Assembly (NCBI GenBank): GCA_051294375.1
Contig: CM119269.1
Location: 14,333,988-14,397,917 of the forward strand
DNA: 63,930 nt
From: Paraspadella gotoi
Lineage: Eukaryota > Animalia > Chaetognatha
Direction: 5' to 3'
In this document: piece after piece, positions 1-14,500 of the stretch
Layout: each line of letters begins with the position of its first letter
Position numbering within the stretch: position 1 is the stretch's first letter
Translations under genes and position numbers: made by a program
Notes under the pieces: generated by a model
The model's input: the letters and a program-made list of their open reading frames with translations, nothing else
What the model was told of the DNA's origin: nothing
The model's database searches: none

Positions 1-327
1 AAAAAAAAACAGTTTGCTCTGAAAGAATTTCAAAATTAAAACGTGTTTAATTCACAATTTTATGTTTTCACACTCGTAGTTCCAAAGGCGGCGATGTAAA
101 CTCGCGCCTGTCAACGAGATCACCGATCACTAATCACCAAGCTCCAATGCGTCTAATCATATTATGAAATATTTCAGGAATCTAATTGAATGTGTAGCGG
201 ATTTTTCTCTCCAATTAAATCCGGGCCCCCAACTGTTTCCGTATAAAATAAAGAAAAGACGAGGTTGCAACGGAACGCAGCTGCAGATTCGGTTTCAACG
301 TCGCGCCATAACAACAGTTTTTCGACG

Positions 328-472
328 GAGAGAGAGAGAGAGAGAGAGANNNNNNNNNNNNNNNNNNNNNNNNNNNNNNNNNNNNNNNNNNNNNNNNNNN
401 NNNNNNNNNNNNNNNNNNNNNNNNNNNNNNNNNNNNNNNNNNNNNNNNNNNNNNNNNNNNNNNNNNNNNNNN

Positions 473-503
<31 letters not shown>
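328..503. repeat. (AG)n microsatellite flanking assembly gap N350-472
   Basis: Pure AG repeats on both sides of an N-run. One of dozens of (AG/CT)n tracts in the window (e.g. 23387-23465, 25259-25349, 26608-26720, 27773-27905, 28903-28988, 40849-40942). Confidence 0.95.
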
Positions 504-507
<4 letters not shown>

Positions 508-1078
508 TTTTTCCATCTATCCTTAACTCGATTCTCCTTTCACTCGTCAGTTATTAGCCAAGAAATATATTATCATGATTTACACAAGTAAGCAAAAATG
601 AAGTAACAGAAAATTATATTAATTAAGGAATAACTGACTTTATATAGTCACATATATCGTCACATTAAGGTCTCTAAACTTCGTTAGACATTTGGCAAAA
701 AAGGAATGAAACCGTTAAAAGTCGTGAGGCGGTTTTATCTTCAGAGGCTTCTTCTTTAAACATTTAATTAAGCTTGCAGTCTTGCTTACTTTATTTTTAT
801 CCATCTTTCTCTTTCTTAAGCGCTCTTTAAGCGAGTGTCTCTCACTCNNNNNNNNNNNNNNNNNNNNNNNNNNNNNNNNNNNNNNNNNNNNNNNNNNNNN
901 NNNNNNNNNNNNNNNNNNNNNNNNNNNNNNNNNNNNNNNNNNNNNNNNNNNNNNNNNNNNNNNNNNNNNNNNNNNNNNNNNNNNNNNNNNNNNNNNNNNN
1001 NNNNNNNNNNNNNNNNNNNNNNNNNNNNNNNNNNNNNNNNNNNNNNNNNNNNNNNNNNNNNNNNNNNNNNNNNNNNNN

Positions 1079-1140
1079 TTTTAAGTCACTTTTCCTTCGG
1101 TCTGTCGGTCCGTCCGTCCCATTTACGATAAAAATCCATA
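1079..1140 (+). mobile_element. Fragment of Helentron/DINE-1-like (HINE-type) element end
   Basis: TTTTAAGTCACTTTTCCTTCGGTCTGTCGGTCCGTCCGTCCCATTTACGATAAAAA resembles 43763-43855 (TTAAGTCAATTTTCGGTCGGTCTGTCGG...CTTACGTTAAAAA). Left side is lost in gap N848-1078. Confidence 0.4.
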
Positions 1141-3329
1141 TAATTTGTCTATACTATAGTTGGTTGCTCATTTGTTAAGACAGAAAAAAACCTCAAACTA
1201 AAGTGACGGCTTACCGCCTGCTGTCTTAAAGGGTATTCCTGAAACTCTGTTGTGGAATTAGGAAGACTGGAATTTTGATGCAGTGCATGTAATTAAATAC
1301 CACGTTGGCACAAAAAAAGTTTTTAGCTCATTCATGTAACGAATCATTTATCATAAGTTGGACAACACACAATTAAAAAATAATGATGTCTCCTGCAACA
1401 CATACATATTTATCGTCATTACAGAATGCGTTCCTTTCCAGTCGCATCTGCACGTATTTAGCGATCTTTAACATGATAGATTTCTCTGACGTATAGCCAA
1501 TCTATATAGAAGAATTTTTTTTTGCTTTTTTAAAGAGAAAGATACCAACTCCATGGGACGCGCTGTTTGGCTCGTAAGATAGTACATGTAAGAAACCTGA
1601 AATTCGAACGTAGTCTTTCCTGCATCACCAAGTGGTTCCGGAAATTTTCTAGACAATCAGTTCCTTACTAGTTCTACATTTCGAGACATCAAAGACATAT
1701 GTGTTTGTACAGACTTTTATAGGCGAGGAGGCGAATTCATTGTTTCCGATGCCTTATATGACAATTGAGCTTCTAGAGCTTAATTTGCCTTACTTTAGAT
1801 ACGTCGCGAAAAACCCGCAGCCCCTTCTATCATTCAGGCAAAGGCGAATTTTAGAGAGGTTACCAATCCATGAAAGTTTTTCTTTGAAAATTTCCAGACG
1901 CCAACGCCCGATTCTAGTGCACGGAGGTCATTCATTTTTATTTGTTCCAATTATCCTCACCTGAATATCTAGTCTAGAGCGCATTCCCTTCTGTTAATTA
2001 AAATTCTTCACAACTCATAAAAAAGTATGCAAAAGGACTTGAAATTGGCCAGATCTTGGGAAACGCCAAAAAAAAACTATTAATCAAATGAAATTTTTCC
2101 GTTCTCCTGAACAAAAATATACAACTCGAATCAGCGCGTTCAGAGCTCCACTGCTCGCCATACTTCTCATCATATCGTCCTAAATATATCTACCAATGAA
2201 GCATCTCATAAGTCCCATGCATTTTTATCTTTCATTCATTCTTTTTTTCATGCAATTTTTTCACTTTCCAAAATTTTATCAGTTATGTGTTTCAAGAAAA
2301 CTTTATTCACCATTAAAGCACATTTTTTTCCCCCTGCAGTTCTTGCGATAACCGTTCTTACTTATTTCTGACCGTACTGCAACTAGTACGAGAAAGAAAT
2401 CAAGTGAAACTGTGGATCGTTCGATCCGCAAAATTGATGCAGAGTCAACACATGCAGAAGATACAAACTACTGCCGGGTTATGAAAAATCAATCCACCGT
2501 TACGTCTGTATCCGTTCTAATCCTACTTTTCTTTCTTAGTCTAAGAAAAGTTTTTATGCAGTTGTTATGACTTATCAAACAAATAAAGAGTGAACTTGCG
2601 GCTCACGACACAGCTGTTTTTGTCGTGGAGAGATAATTAACCCTCATGTATAGATCGCTTGCAGAATTGACGCGAAGACTTGAATTCAACACCATGGCTC
2701 TTAATGGATCTATGATAACAAACCAATACACGTTTATTCAAATACAATAACTCAATTGCCTAAAACAGAAAACTACGCCTTTTCCTAATATGACTCATCA
2801 TCGAAATCTCCCCCTTGCCGGTATGATTATCTCTTGGAGATCATGGTTCTGTAGCATGATCTCATACTCATCTTTGCTCTGTCTGTCAGTATCGGACTTC
2901 AACGAAAGAATAATAACACAGATGAATCATGTTTTATCATCTAGCAAGATACTGGAACGCAGCATAACTGTGCGCGCATCGGAATATCTTGGTAGTATGA
3001 AGCGAAGACCAAATACGCAGGATAGTGACGCATGAAAGCGTAACTGATCTTGAAGCTAGCAGGAAAGAAGTTACTCGCGCAATATTGTTTGAGTCGTGAG
3101 ACGTCTCGCATGCTCAGAGCTAGCAAGGGATCGCTTTCGATGGATCAAAAAGTGTCAAGCATGATCAAATAGTGAAATCAATTATGAATTTGTAATATCG
3201 CCTTTATGGCGATTACCTTACCCTTGAATTGCGCTCTTTTCTTTTCTATCATCTTTTTTCCATTTCTTTTTCCCTTTATTAAAAAACTTTTTCTATTGAC
3301 TTTTTTATTACTACAAGCTAAGTTGCGAA

Positions 3330-4216
3330 AAGTATGCATACGTTATAAAAATGTATGCAAGTAAAAAAAGTATGCGCAATTTAAACAGAATAGTCCATTC
3401 AAGGTGAAAAAGATTGCAAGTTAAAAAATATGCAAGTATAAAAAATATGCAAGTTATAAAATTAGTATAAGTAAAAACAATTATGCCATAGTTGAAAATT
3501 ATGCAAGTGAAAGAATTACTACCATAATTAAAAAACTTTATGCAAGTTAAAAAAAAATTATGCAAGTTGAGAAAAAATTAGCCAAGTGTGAAAAAATATA
3601 GCAAGTTGAAAAATTATACAAGTTTGAAAAATTATGTCAAGCTTGTAAAAACTTACTGCAAGTGAAAAAAATTCTAAGTGAAAATAATTATTGCAACGTT
3701 GAAGATAAAATTAGTGCCAAGTTGAAAAAATATAGCACAGCTCTGAAAAAATTTATCGCAAGTTAAAAAAAGTATCAAGTTAAAATAATATGCCATTAAA
3801 AACAAATTATGCAAGCTTTAAAAAAATTATGTAAATTGAAAAACTTATGCAAGTTAAAAATAATTATTGCAGAAGTTGAAAAATTATACAAATTAAAAAT
3901 ATTATGCAGCCTAAAAATATCTATAACAGTTGACAATAAAAATTATGCAAGTTAAAAAAATCTATCAAGTTTGACAAAAATTATACAAGTTGAAAAAATC
4001 TCATGCAAGTCTTCTAAAAAATTATGCAAGCTGACAAAAATTAACAAGCTGATAAAAATTACTGCAAGCTGAAATAAATTATGCAGCTGAAAATTATTGC
4101 AAGTTGAAAAAAAATAAAAAGATGACAAAAGGTGAAGAAAATGAATAAAGTTGAAAAAAAGTATCGAAGTGATAAATAAAAATGATATTAAGTAAAAAGA
4201 ATCATGCAAGTTAAAA
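3330..4216 (+). repeat. Degenerate minisatellite, ~18-19 bp unit AAAAAATTATGCAAGTTG, roughly 40-45 copies
   Basis: Recurrent (T)ATGCAAGTT(G/A)AAAAAA throughout. It explains the spurious minus-strand ORFs 3311-3565 and 3952-4209. Confidence 0.9.
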
Positions 4217-7200
4217 ACATATTACTTTTGCTGATGTCTACATTACAGTTTAGTTTAAAGCCTCTGAACACGATTTACTGTTTTGTGCGCCACTGGTTAA
4301 ATTATCATGATCAGATCCTTGCATTTTTGCCTGTTATGTTCATCGATACGAAAAACAATACACATACGACACTCTTTCGACGACGACAATGATAACACGA
4401 CTGCTTGATAAATAAATTAATTGATTGGATTGAATGATTAATTGATTTGATTATTATTTTAGAGTCATACGCGGCTCCCGTGCAGTGTCCTGAAAGAGAG
4501 ACTTCCGATTCTTTTGCACCCTCCAGTCTTCCGCCTCTCACAAAAAGGGGTTCTGTCAACCGCCAGGACACTCCAAACTCAGAATTTTATTTTTAGACTT
4601 TGACATGAAATGAAGATGAAATTGAAACAGAAACCAAAAAACTATTTTATTTTTATTTCTCAGATAAGGTTTTACGTAGAAAGCTCAAAGTTTTAATTTC
4701 TTCTCATTCATGAGGCTTCATGACACAGTCAAGTTGCAGTGAAATTACTGACTATTGTTCTATAAGATATTATTCCCAGGTTAAAAATATGTCAATTTGC
4801 ATAAATCGAGATAAATATTTCATATTAATCTATAAAAAATTTTTATGCAATCGAAATGTAAACAATTAAATTTTGAACAGCCTATATAAACCAATTTATA
4901 ATTTTGTTTATCAGTATTATTGAAGAATAATACGAGAACAAAAAATTTCAAGCAGTACATTTTGCGCAGTTAAATTTGAGCTTCATCTCGAGCAGACCGA
5001 TTCTCCTTTGCTCTCCTCTGGTGCGTTCCTCATATGAAGCGGATGTAGCATTTTATTGGCGTATTTTATCAGTATTATGAAACCTGTCTCTACTATTTCC
5101 ATGTAACCTTATTAAATCTTAAACAATAATAAAACATAAATAAAATATGTGTATAGGTTAAAAATGTTAGACAAAATATTGCCCGTACTGTTACCATATC
5201 AATCTTAGTCTATGTGCCCACCATCGCACGACAGCAACATCATGCGCAAGTGCAATGTGTAACCTACGATGTAATTGTTCTCTTATAATAAAATATCTAA
5301 ATCTAGTATACGGACTCTGGATTAACAAAAACATATTTGTAGAATAGTGTGCACTTTTTCCGCTGTCTTCTTTTTTGTTAGAGACTTTTTAGGTCAGAGA
5401 ATGCTAGAAAATTCTGTATACTTGCTATATTTGTGTTTATATAATCCCCGTCTGTACTATTTATTAATAGGTTTTGATTACCTAAATAAATAACATGATT
5501 TATGAATTGCCTGTGTCTACTCTGTGTCTCTCTCGAGGTCTCTCTGTGTCTTCTCTCCTCTCCTGGACGATCTCTTGCCTTTGTGAGTCAGTTCTTTTTA
5601 TTATTTCAATACAAAACTTCCCATAATTTAATTCTGAATTTTCGTGCATTTTTTGGAGAAAATGTTGAAATGAACTTTACTTACCTGCCATTTTCGTCGC
5701 CGTTCGCTGGTCCCTCTTATTGGCAACGAGTAAACAATCGTCGTTCTAGAATACATGACTCTCAATAACGCAGTTTTGATTTGCATCACAGGAAACATTA
5801 CGTTGTATGAAAAAAAATCAACTTGACCGAAATTCACGCTAGCCGTTGCGTAGTTCGTCCATGATATACTATGCTCCTAACTCTACTTTGTACTCTCATA
5901 ACTATCCGCGCTATCTGTATTTCCATGCGGGTTGTGTGTTCTTGTCACTCTAAACCTGTTTTATTATTTGCTGGTCAATCTTATGATATGCTACTCTACA
6001 TTAGCTCTCTGTCACACTTAGGGCATCATAACGGATAACCCTATATTAAACTCAACTGATGAATAGCTGACACCATCTAATATGATCCTGCCTACGATTT
6101 CTCCGTCCTTTGTGGAATAACTCTTCTTCGATCACTATTATCCTCTTTTTCTTATTTAGCAAATAAGAAAATTTGTATTCCCTTACTTTCTTTAACCCTA
6201 CCCAGTCTCCACATAGGAGTAAAACTTCGTATCCCTAACCCCTCCAAACTCAGATCAAGAGTACCTTCATATTCTATCTCATTTTCTTCTTTCTCTCCTT
6301 TTCTCACTACTACTGATACTCTCTCACCTACAGCTTATCTTTATTAGAGGTTCTTTTGCTTCAATTAGGCGTTGCAACTTTTGTTGAGATTGATACGAGA
6401 GAGAGAACGTTTCTAGGAGTTCTGTTTAAGACTACATTAAGTTTTGCCCTTTCCCGTAATAATTTTTGACCGTTGATTTGTCAGTACAAACCATAATAGT
6501 CTCTTCTGTTGCTATTGCGATTCCCGTACTTATTTATCTCGCAATGATTTATCAGCCCGAAGATTTCAGCGAAAACATTCAGCCTTCCACAATTCTCCCT
6601 CGCGTCCAAACTTCAAGTATACGCGGCATACATGACTTCGACATTATAACTGCCTCTTGCATATCCGACTTATTTTTTTTCCTTCTTATTATTCCGCCAT
6701 TTTTATTTCCGCTTTCCTTCGACTATTGTTTTTTCTCCCCTCAATACGATCCGCCACACTCTCTCTCTTTATTTCTCTCCTTTCTCTCTCTCTCTCTATC
6801 ACTCAACACTGTCCATGTGTTTCCTATTTAGATGAATGATCTTCAATCCCGTCAACATGAGCGATTGACCCTACATTCTCCTAGTTAAGGACTAAGCTCT
6901 GACAAATAAAATCATGAGTTTTATACATATCGATTAATATTATCTTTGACCCGGTCCCAATGCTTAGATATTGATCGGCTAATATTGATTTTTTTTAAGC
7001 GTTTCGAAAAAAATACCACCCATTAAATATAGAAAAACTGTTAACCAAAACATCTTCGAAAATATCCACCCCTCTTCTTTGGAAGATCTTTCTTGCTCAT
7101 CTATAAGATTTTTACTCAGAATCTGACTCCCGTGTTAGTAAACATCTCGGAAAATTCCCCTAGCGATAGCTCCTCGATATCTTAACGTTTACTTTAAAAT

Positions 7201-9370
7201 CTAAGAAATCTTCCATCCAATTGGACAATTCTACTACTTTAATAATGATCGTATCAGAATTCACAAATAACAAAATGTGTGGAAATCTAAGAAAAATTGT
7301 TTGACAAGCCGACGCTTCAGACATGCATTGTCTATCAGCATTCGCCCTGAAATTCGAAGATTTATTGTAAAAGGACAAACTACTTAATGCAGTTGACATT
7401 GTATATTGAAGTTGGAGTACCAATTCGGCCTTGATTATATATAAAAATCTGCTAACATTCAAAAATCTATTTTCCCAGACCGCGGTACCAGCGTCCAATT
7501 GAATCGACATGGATCTATTGTCAAATACTTATAGATTTATTTGTCCTATAAGAGAAAAAAATAATGCAATTGAACCCCTTCATGAATGATGCATACTAGG
7601 ATCGCCGCACAATCTCGAGTTTCTTTACATCTCATTCTTTTTAGTACGGCTTGTTTGTGTTCCTGAATTTTTCCCCAGGGTGCAGCACTATGTTGACATC
7701 TATTTAGCGCAGGTAGTCACAATTCTTAAACTAAAAATCTCTCACGTTAAAATGTCTTTCCCCCAATATTGATCTAAAGAACGACGATATCTCTCTACAT
7801 TAGTATCAATCTCACTTTGTATATCCATCGCCGCATCAAAATTGTTTTATTCAATGCGCAATCAATTTCATTTGTATATCATACATATTCGCGCACTTAT
7901 GCCAATCCTTTGATGGTTATCCATAATTCCGCGACCATCATATTTATTCTGACGTATCATCGCATTCAATATTTATTAGTCATTGAAGTGCAAGCTCTCA
8001 AAAGGTCCGTTACTTTCATAACATTTGTTTATCTTACGGAACAAAATACAACGGTTTAAATGTTATTTTTTGTAAACTATGAAAGATTCCAGCCTGATTC
8101 TGAGTTCATAACATCTTCACTCATCACGTATGGTACGTTGGACACTTATACTGTTAATACTCGAGTGCCTTGAGTCGTTTATTTATTTTTCCAAAATGTT
8201 CTTCTATTTCATTTTCTACCCACCTACAGTCACTAGTTACTTCGGTGCTCTAACTTCCGTGATACATGATTGTTAAGGCGGACAACCGGGATTTCCATGC
8301 AAACTTATCAAGAATTATAAAGAATTGATTCTCCTCCCGTAAGTCCGCAACACTTGACCTCACCCTCTACCGTCTTCCCGATTCTCCCTCTCTCTCTCTT
8401 TCTTCTCCTTCTCTCTCTCTGCTCGTCTCTCTCTCTCTCTTTCTCTCTTCTCTTCCTTGTCATTCTGTTTATCCAATTTTCTCTAATTCTTTCTCTGTTT
8501 TCCTTTCTCTTAATCTCCCAGCTTCAAGAATAGCTTATATCTCTCTTCTCTCCTGCTCTCATACTCTCTCTTCCTCTCACATCTCTCTCTCTCACTCTCT
8601 CCTCTTCTCTCTCTCTCTCCTCCTCTCTCCTGTCCTCTCACTACCTCTTTCTCTCCTCTCCTCATATCATTTCCGGTTCCTGACCATACACGTTATTGCT
8701 ACCCAACCCTCTTCCGGCTTCTCTCTGCTATTTTTACATTTGACATAAATGACAAAGACAGAACTTTCTTCTCTACTGTTCTCAAACAAAAACTCCGGGC
8801 CCAATTGTTTTTTTCTCTCTTTCTTTTATTTCAATTTCGTGTTTTCTTTTTTTCGTTTTTTTTTGGGTTATTTTAAAAAGAGTTGGTGTTGGTCATATTT
8901 TCATTTGAAGTGCTGTGCGCTCGGTGCTCTCGTGTTGCGCATTCGTTTTCGTTTATGCAAAAAAAAATATTTACATACCGTATATAATTTTTTTGAAACA
9001 TATAATAACTCTCAACGTTCGTCAGTTACAAATAAATACTTGAATACAAGTCAAAACAATGAAAACATTAAATATCAAATATTAAATAATAAATATTAAC
9101 ATCGAGACGACGGTCACAAAACCGGTTTCTGTACATAATTTTTAACGTAATTTCTCTTTTTCTCTCTTTTACAGAATTTCCTCCAGAGGTCCTACCACAA
9201 GCGACATAAACAAAAGTTGTTTACGAAAGAAGAGCTTCGAAAAACAAAAAACAAAAAACAAAAAAAAAATATAACCTATCAAACCTCGAAACACAACACT
9301 AAAAAAAAACAGGATAGAGACGCATTTCGCGTTTTATTTTCGTTCGGGTCGTTTTGTTTGTTGTCCCTTT

Positions 9371-9384
9371 ATCGTCATGGCAAC
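9371..9384. promoter_or_regulatory. X-box (RFX/DAF-19)-like motif ATCGTCATGGCAAC
   Basis: Matches the degenerate consensus RTHNYYWTRRNRAC at 14/14 positions and overlaps the first ATG of the candidate exon. Confidence 0.25.
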
Positions 9385-9440
9385 GATGGCGTCGAGAGAA
9401 ATCTTCAAGGCTGCCTCCAAGCGACTCTTCCAACTGCTCG
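9377..9440 (+). CDS. Candidate first coding exon (MATMASREIFKAASKRLFQLL-G), product unknown
   Basis: ATG at 9377 opens 21 non-repetitive codons plus 1 nt, followed by a canonical donor G|GTGAGT at 9441. Downstream exons cannot be identified in the noisy sequence. Confidence 0.4.
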
Positions 9441-11559
9441 GTGAGTTGTTTTTCAGTACTCTCTCTCTTNNNNNNNNNNNNNNNNNNNNNNNNNCTTTTT
9501 TTGTGCTCTTCTCTCTTCTACTCTCCTCTCTCATCATCTCCATCCTCCTACTCTCTCTCCTCTCGTACTCCTCTCTTCTCTCTGCTGTCACTGTCCTGTC
9601 TAACCTTTAAATGTAAAACCATTTCTTTGTAGTTTTCTTTCAAAGCAACTTTTTGCAAACAACATTAGATTTTATTGCCTTGTTTCAACGTCGCCCAGAC
9701 TCTCTCGTCTCCTCTTCTTCTCTCTCTCTCTCTCCTCTCTCTTACTCTCTCTACCTCTCTCCTCCCGTCTCATCCTACTCCCCTTTCCTTCCTCTTACTC
9801 TCTTCTTCCTCTCCATTCCCGCTGCCACAAGATATCTGTGAGTTTTACTCACAAGCATAAACATTGAATTTTTTTTTGTCTCTTTTTTTTTCTCTCTCGC
9901 CAAAAAGAGCAATTTGTTTTCGCGCCCTCCCCTCCCTAGTTGCACAATTGCCTTAATATCAACTTAACCTCCGGTCTCCTAAACGGAGCCTGTCTATGTC
10001 TTCAAGTAGATTGACCCCTGATTTTATTAATGTTTCTACCATGGCTGATAGTTAATGACACCGATCAATTTAATTCGAATTGAATTATTATTAAAAAAAA
10101 GTTCCTCTAGACCATAAAGTGAGTTTATATAAAAGAACGCGAATCTTAAGAGTTGGAAGAAAATTTTCTTGACAATGTTTTGCGACAAGTCCTTTAAGCA
10201 ATTTAACATCATTGTATCAATTTTCAATTAATGTGCCGCTCTTTATTTTACACGTTGACTAAATAGACGACCTGCTATGACTCCAAGGTTTCAAAGTTTT
10301 TCCAGTTCCCGATTAGCTTTTGATATTACTAAACATCCCTGCACAGACTCGAATGTACAATGGCTTTTTTTAAAAAAATCGCTCTCTGAACTTCGGGAAG
10401 AAAATTTATTCCGCACTTGGCAATAATATGATATTCAGAGTTTGTGCCATGTCGCGTTGACACGGCTGAGGACGAACAGACCATATTGAGCGAGATTTCT
10501 GATGCGAACGTATAGGCTGATTTTCTGATTAAACCTGGTCACGATTTAGAGATCTGCTCTCGAGGGAGCCGGCTGAGTACTAAGTATCTCTCGATGAATA
10601 GGAGAGACCGAGTCGGGAGAGCTGCTGGAGGTAGTGTGAGTGAATAGATAAGCAGGTAGTATTAAGGAAAGATAACTAACACATGAGAAGTGAGAAAGAG
10701 AGTGAAAGAGAGAAACAAAAAAAATATGATGAATCAGTAGAAAAAAGTATGATAAGATGCGAGAGAGAGTACGATCAGAAAGATGAGATGGAGACGGCGG
10801 ACGAGCAGACGAGAAGGAGAAGACGATGAAGACATGAGAGAAGAGCTCGTGCACCAGTTTTTCCATAAGCCTTCAGTAGGCTGTATTAGATCTTACGAAT
10901 CGGAGATGACCTCCAGTTAATGGACCTTGCAGAGTTTGATTATACAGTTGCACTTACATGAGAGTCTTACGGATCACGATTAAAGATTACATGCTGTTTA
11001 CAGCGGTTATATTTATGCTTCTTATTCTAACAACTATGTCTATATCTTCTGCCACAGTCAATTTGCTTGCTGATATGTTTTGTCCAAACAACTCTTCTCG
11101 TCCTAACATCCGAATATTAACAATTCTATGATTTTCTCTTTTTTCGGCAGCTTGCTAAGGATGTGCTTCTCTCTAATCCCACTGCCATCCGACCGCTCTT
11201 CGTTCCATCTCTTCTCTCTCCTCTCTCCTCTCTCTCTTCTCTCTCTTCTCTCTTCTTGCTCTCTCTTCTCCTCACTCTCTCTCTCTCTTCTCTCTCTCTC
11301 TCTTCGCTCGCGCTATCTCTCGTCTCATACCCCTTCCTTCACCGCGTGTAAAAAAGCTGTGACAATAAAGAGTTAAACGGAGATTTTATTCACAGGTTTC
11401 ACGTTTTTCGTCTTCTAGTGAATTCTTTTTTCCACGTGGGTAGGGCGAAGTTTGGGATGTTATTCAAATAACGATGGGATTTTGGGATTACATGGGTCCT
11501 AAGAGCCTAGAGTTGCAGTCGCGTGTTGCATATACAAAATATCATATATAATCTGCGTT

Positions 11560-14500
11560 AACAAAGTCTTTGTTTGAGCAAACAATGTTCCGGACTTCCT
11601 TCTATCGGATAATAATTAAAATTAGCATTGATTAATTAAGTAATAATTAATTAGATAGATTTCAAATAATTAATTAACTAGCATTAATTTAATAACTTAG
11701 ATCTATATATAATTAATTAATAATATGATTATTGAGCCTTGTCATCATACGATGTCCTTATAGAAATTGAGTCAGAGACAGATATTAAATGGTTTTTGTT
11801 TTAACATGTTTTCAACACACAATCAAATATGCCTCTATTATCGAGCCAGGCGGCAATAAGCCTCGTCACCTGTCTCGATTTTTTTTATCCTAGGTTTATG
11901 CATTTTTCGGCTCCCGTCTCGGCTTTTTGCAGATCATGGCTTCTGAAAGATTTGTGATACATAGGAGAGTGAATTTCATAGAATATGCTATCTAATCACA
12001 CACGATCGGTAAAAATTCTCCATGTTTCTATATCAAATTGTGAATTGATTTAGTTTTATTACAAAACAAAAACGGTTTCTTTAATATATGGTCGCTCTCT
12101 CTCTCTCTTCTCTTTTTCTCTCCGTCACTGGCTTTTCTAAAAACAGTTTCTGCAGGCGGTATTACCTGCATTGTCCATCTTCTTTCTCTCGTTCTGCTCG
12201 CTACTCGCTCTCCTCTCTCCCTTCTCTGCTCTCTCTCTCTCTCTCTCTCTTCTCTTTCTTCTCTCTCCTCTCTCTCCTCTCTCTGTTTTTACAAAAAAAT
12301 CTTTAGATCATAATGTCGGGTCTTCACGAATCGTTAAAAATAACGACCCCTACACGAATCAGAGGCGCAAACCCGCACGTCCTTTTGCGGTTATGAGAAC
12401 TAGCTCCACGGCTCTATCTGGTGCTGCGCGGCGCCTCATAATTCGTACTGGCTGATTCTGTACTCACGGAGTTAAAGGCCTGAATGTTAATGAGAGTCTT
12501 CTTCTCTCAGCTCTTCTCTCTCTCTATAATATTTTATCATATCCTTCGGTTCTTCTTATCTTCTTCTTTTCTTCGTGGTTTCGAGCGGCTTCTGTCCTAT
12601 CCTCTTCTGCTCTCCTTTCTCTCTTCTCTCTCTCTGCCTCTCTGTCTCTCGTGCGTCTCATGCGCTCATCATGTCCGATACCTTTTTCTTATTGTTTGTG
12701 ATTCGAGTTGTTTTTTTTGACTAAAATTTTTTATGCCTTGTATTCAGTGTTTTTTCCTTCTAATATACCTTTTATTATTTCTGCCATCTTTAATTTTCCC
12801 CGCTTATTTTTTCAAATAACAAAATCCCCTAGTAATTTCAATTCCAAATTTTGGTTCATCGGATTTATCCACTTCCGGTTCTCTTCTCTAACTCTCCTCT
12901 TTCTCTCTTCTCGTTCTCGTTCTTTCTCTCTCTCTTCTTCTCTTCATATCTGCTCTCGTCTTCTCTCTCTCTCTCTCCATCTCACCACCATACACTAACA
13001 TTGTTATGTGTGATGACTAAACTCATCGGCTGATCGAATGTAATTGACGCAAATCATGCTTAATCAATGTAGTCACTGTACAATCATCGCATCACGAAAA
13101 TATTACTATCAATCACACAGTGAATTGACTATCACTCGCTACGATTCAATAATTGATTCATCATCGAATCAATAATTCAATTTCCATTTCGATGAATAAT
13201 TAATTACTACTTACATCAAATCAATTAGTTATTACCTCAATCTAATTACTAGTAACTCACCAATTGCGTCAATCCATCGAATCATCATTCGTTTTTTCCC
13301 GGTTTTTCATTTAATTTCTTCTTTATGAAGTGGGCTTGGCTCGATCTTGAGTCTTTTTAAGTATTTTTCTATTAGTTCTTCCTTCCTCTTCTTCCTCTTC
13401 TCACTCTCTTCTCTTTCTCTCTTCACTCTCTCTCTCTCTCTCACTCTGGCATTTCTCTGCTCCTCTCTCCTCTTCTTTTGTACAATGACTAACTTTAAGC
13501 TACGATCCTTATGACTCTTATAGATTTTCTTTAACTTGCATCTATTTTTGACAACGTTGCGCATAGATCTTGTTTCATACTGCATTCCGTCCCTACAACT
13601 TATGTATATCTAGCTTCTTCACACTTCAGCTTTTCGCACGGCTCACAAAAAGTTCATCTGCAATCTCATCATGGTAAAATAAATTAAACAATGATTCAAG
13701 TAATATGTGACTCATTATTTTTTTTTCATTTTAAACTCTATTCTCCGACTGGTAACGTTCCCTAGCTGAAACTTTATATCAGCTATCGGTCATACGTCTT
13801 TTAGCCTAGACGCCCTACCGATTCAAATAGCATAACTCAATCTATCCCATCGCAGTTTCATTTAAAATTGTGCGAGCCAGCTAGTTTAATGCGTAATAAT
13901 AGGTAGACGTGTTTAAATACAGCAGATTATCATAGTACATATGCAACCTTATGTTTTTTGTCATTTAAACCTAATTCCACTCACATCGCATGTCCATCGA
14001 CAATTTCTTATATATCCAGCTCTTAGTCACCACAGCTTTACCTATCCCTACACACTAAATTTAATTCCTAATCTCCAACCTCAGCAATCAAGCGAGGTAT
14101 TGGACTCTTTTTGCCTTAAAGAGAACGAACGGACACTATTCTGTTTATCGGAACGGTACTTCTTTGATTCGAGCGCTAACGTCTAAGCTTAACTCATATG
14201 GTATATCTTTATTATTTCAACTTCAATTGGTACCTTAATTAATGCCTGCAATTATTAGAATTAGAATTTATTAACAGTCCTGTGCTAAGTATACGATTTA
14301 ATATAAATAGGAAAACATAAGCTAATACTATATTTATCGTATAAACAGTTACAGAGGTGTGTTTTTTTGTTTTCCATTCCTGAAACTCATTCCACTCAAA
14401 CATTCCATGCGAAACTTGATTTCCTGTCAAATCACACACTGTCTCCTACCCCACATACAAAATTCCAGGTCAATCAGGCCATGCACTCTTTCAGCAATGC

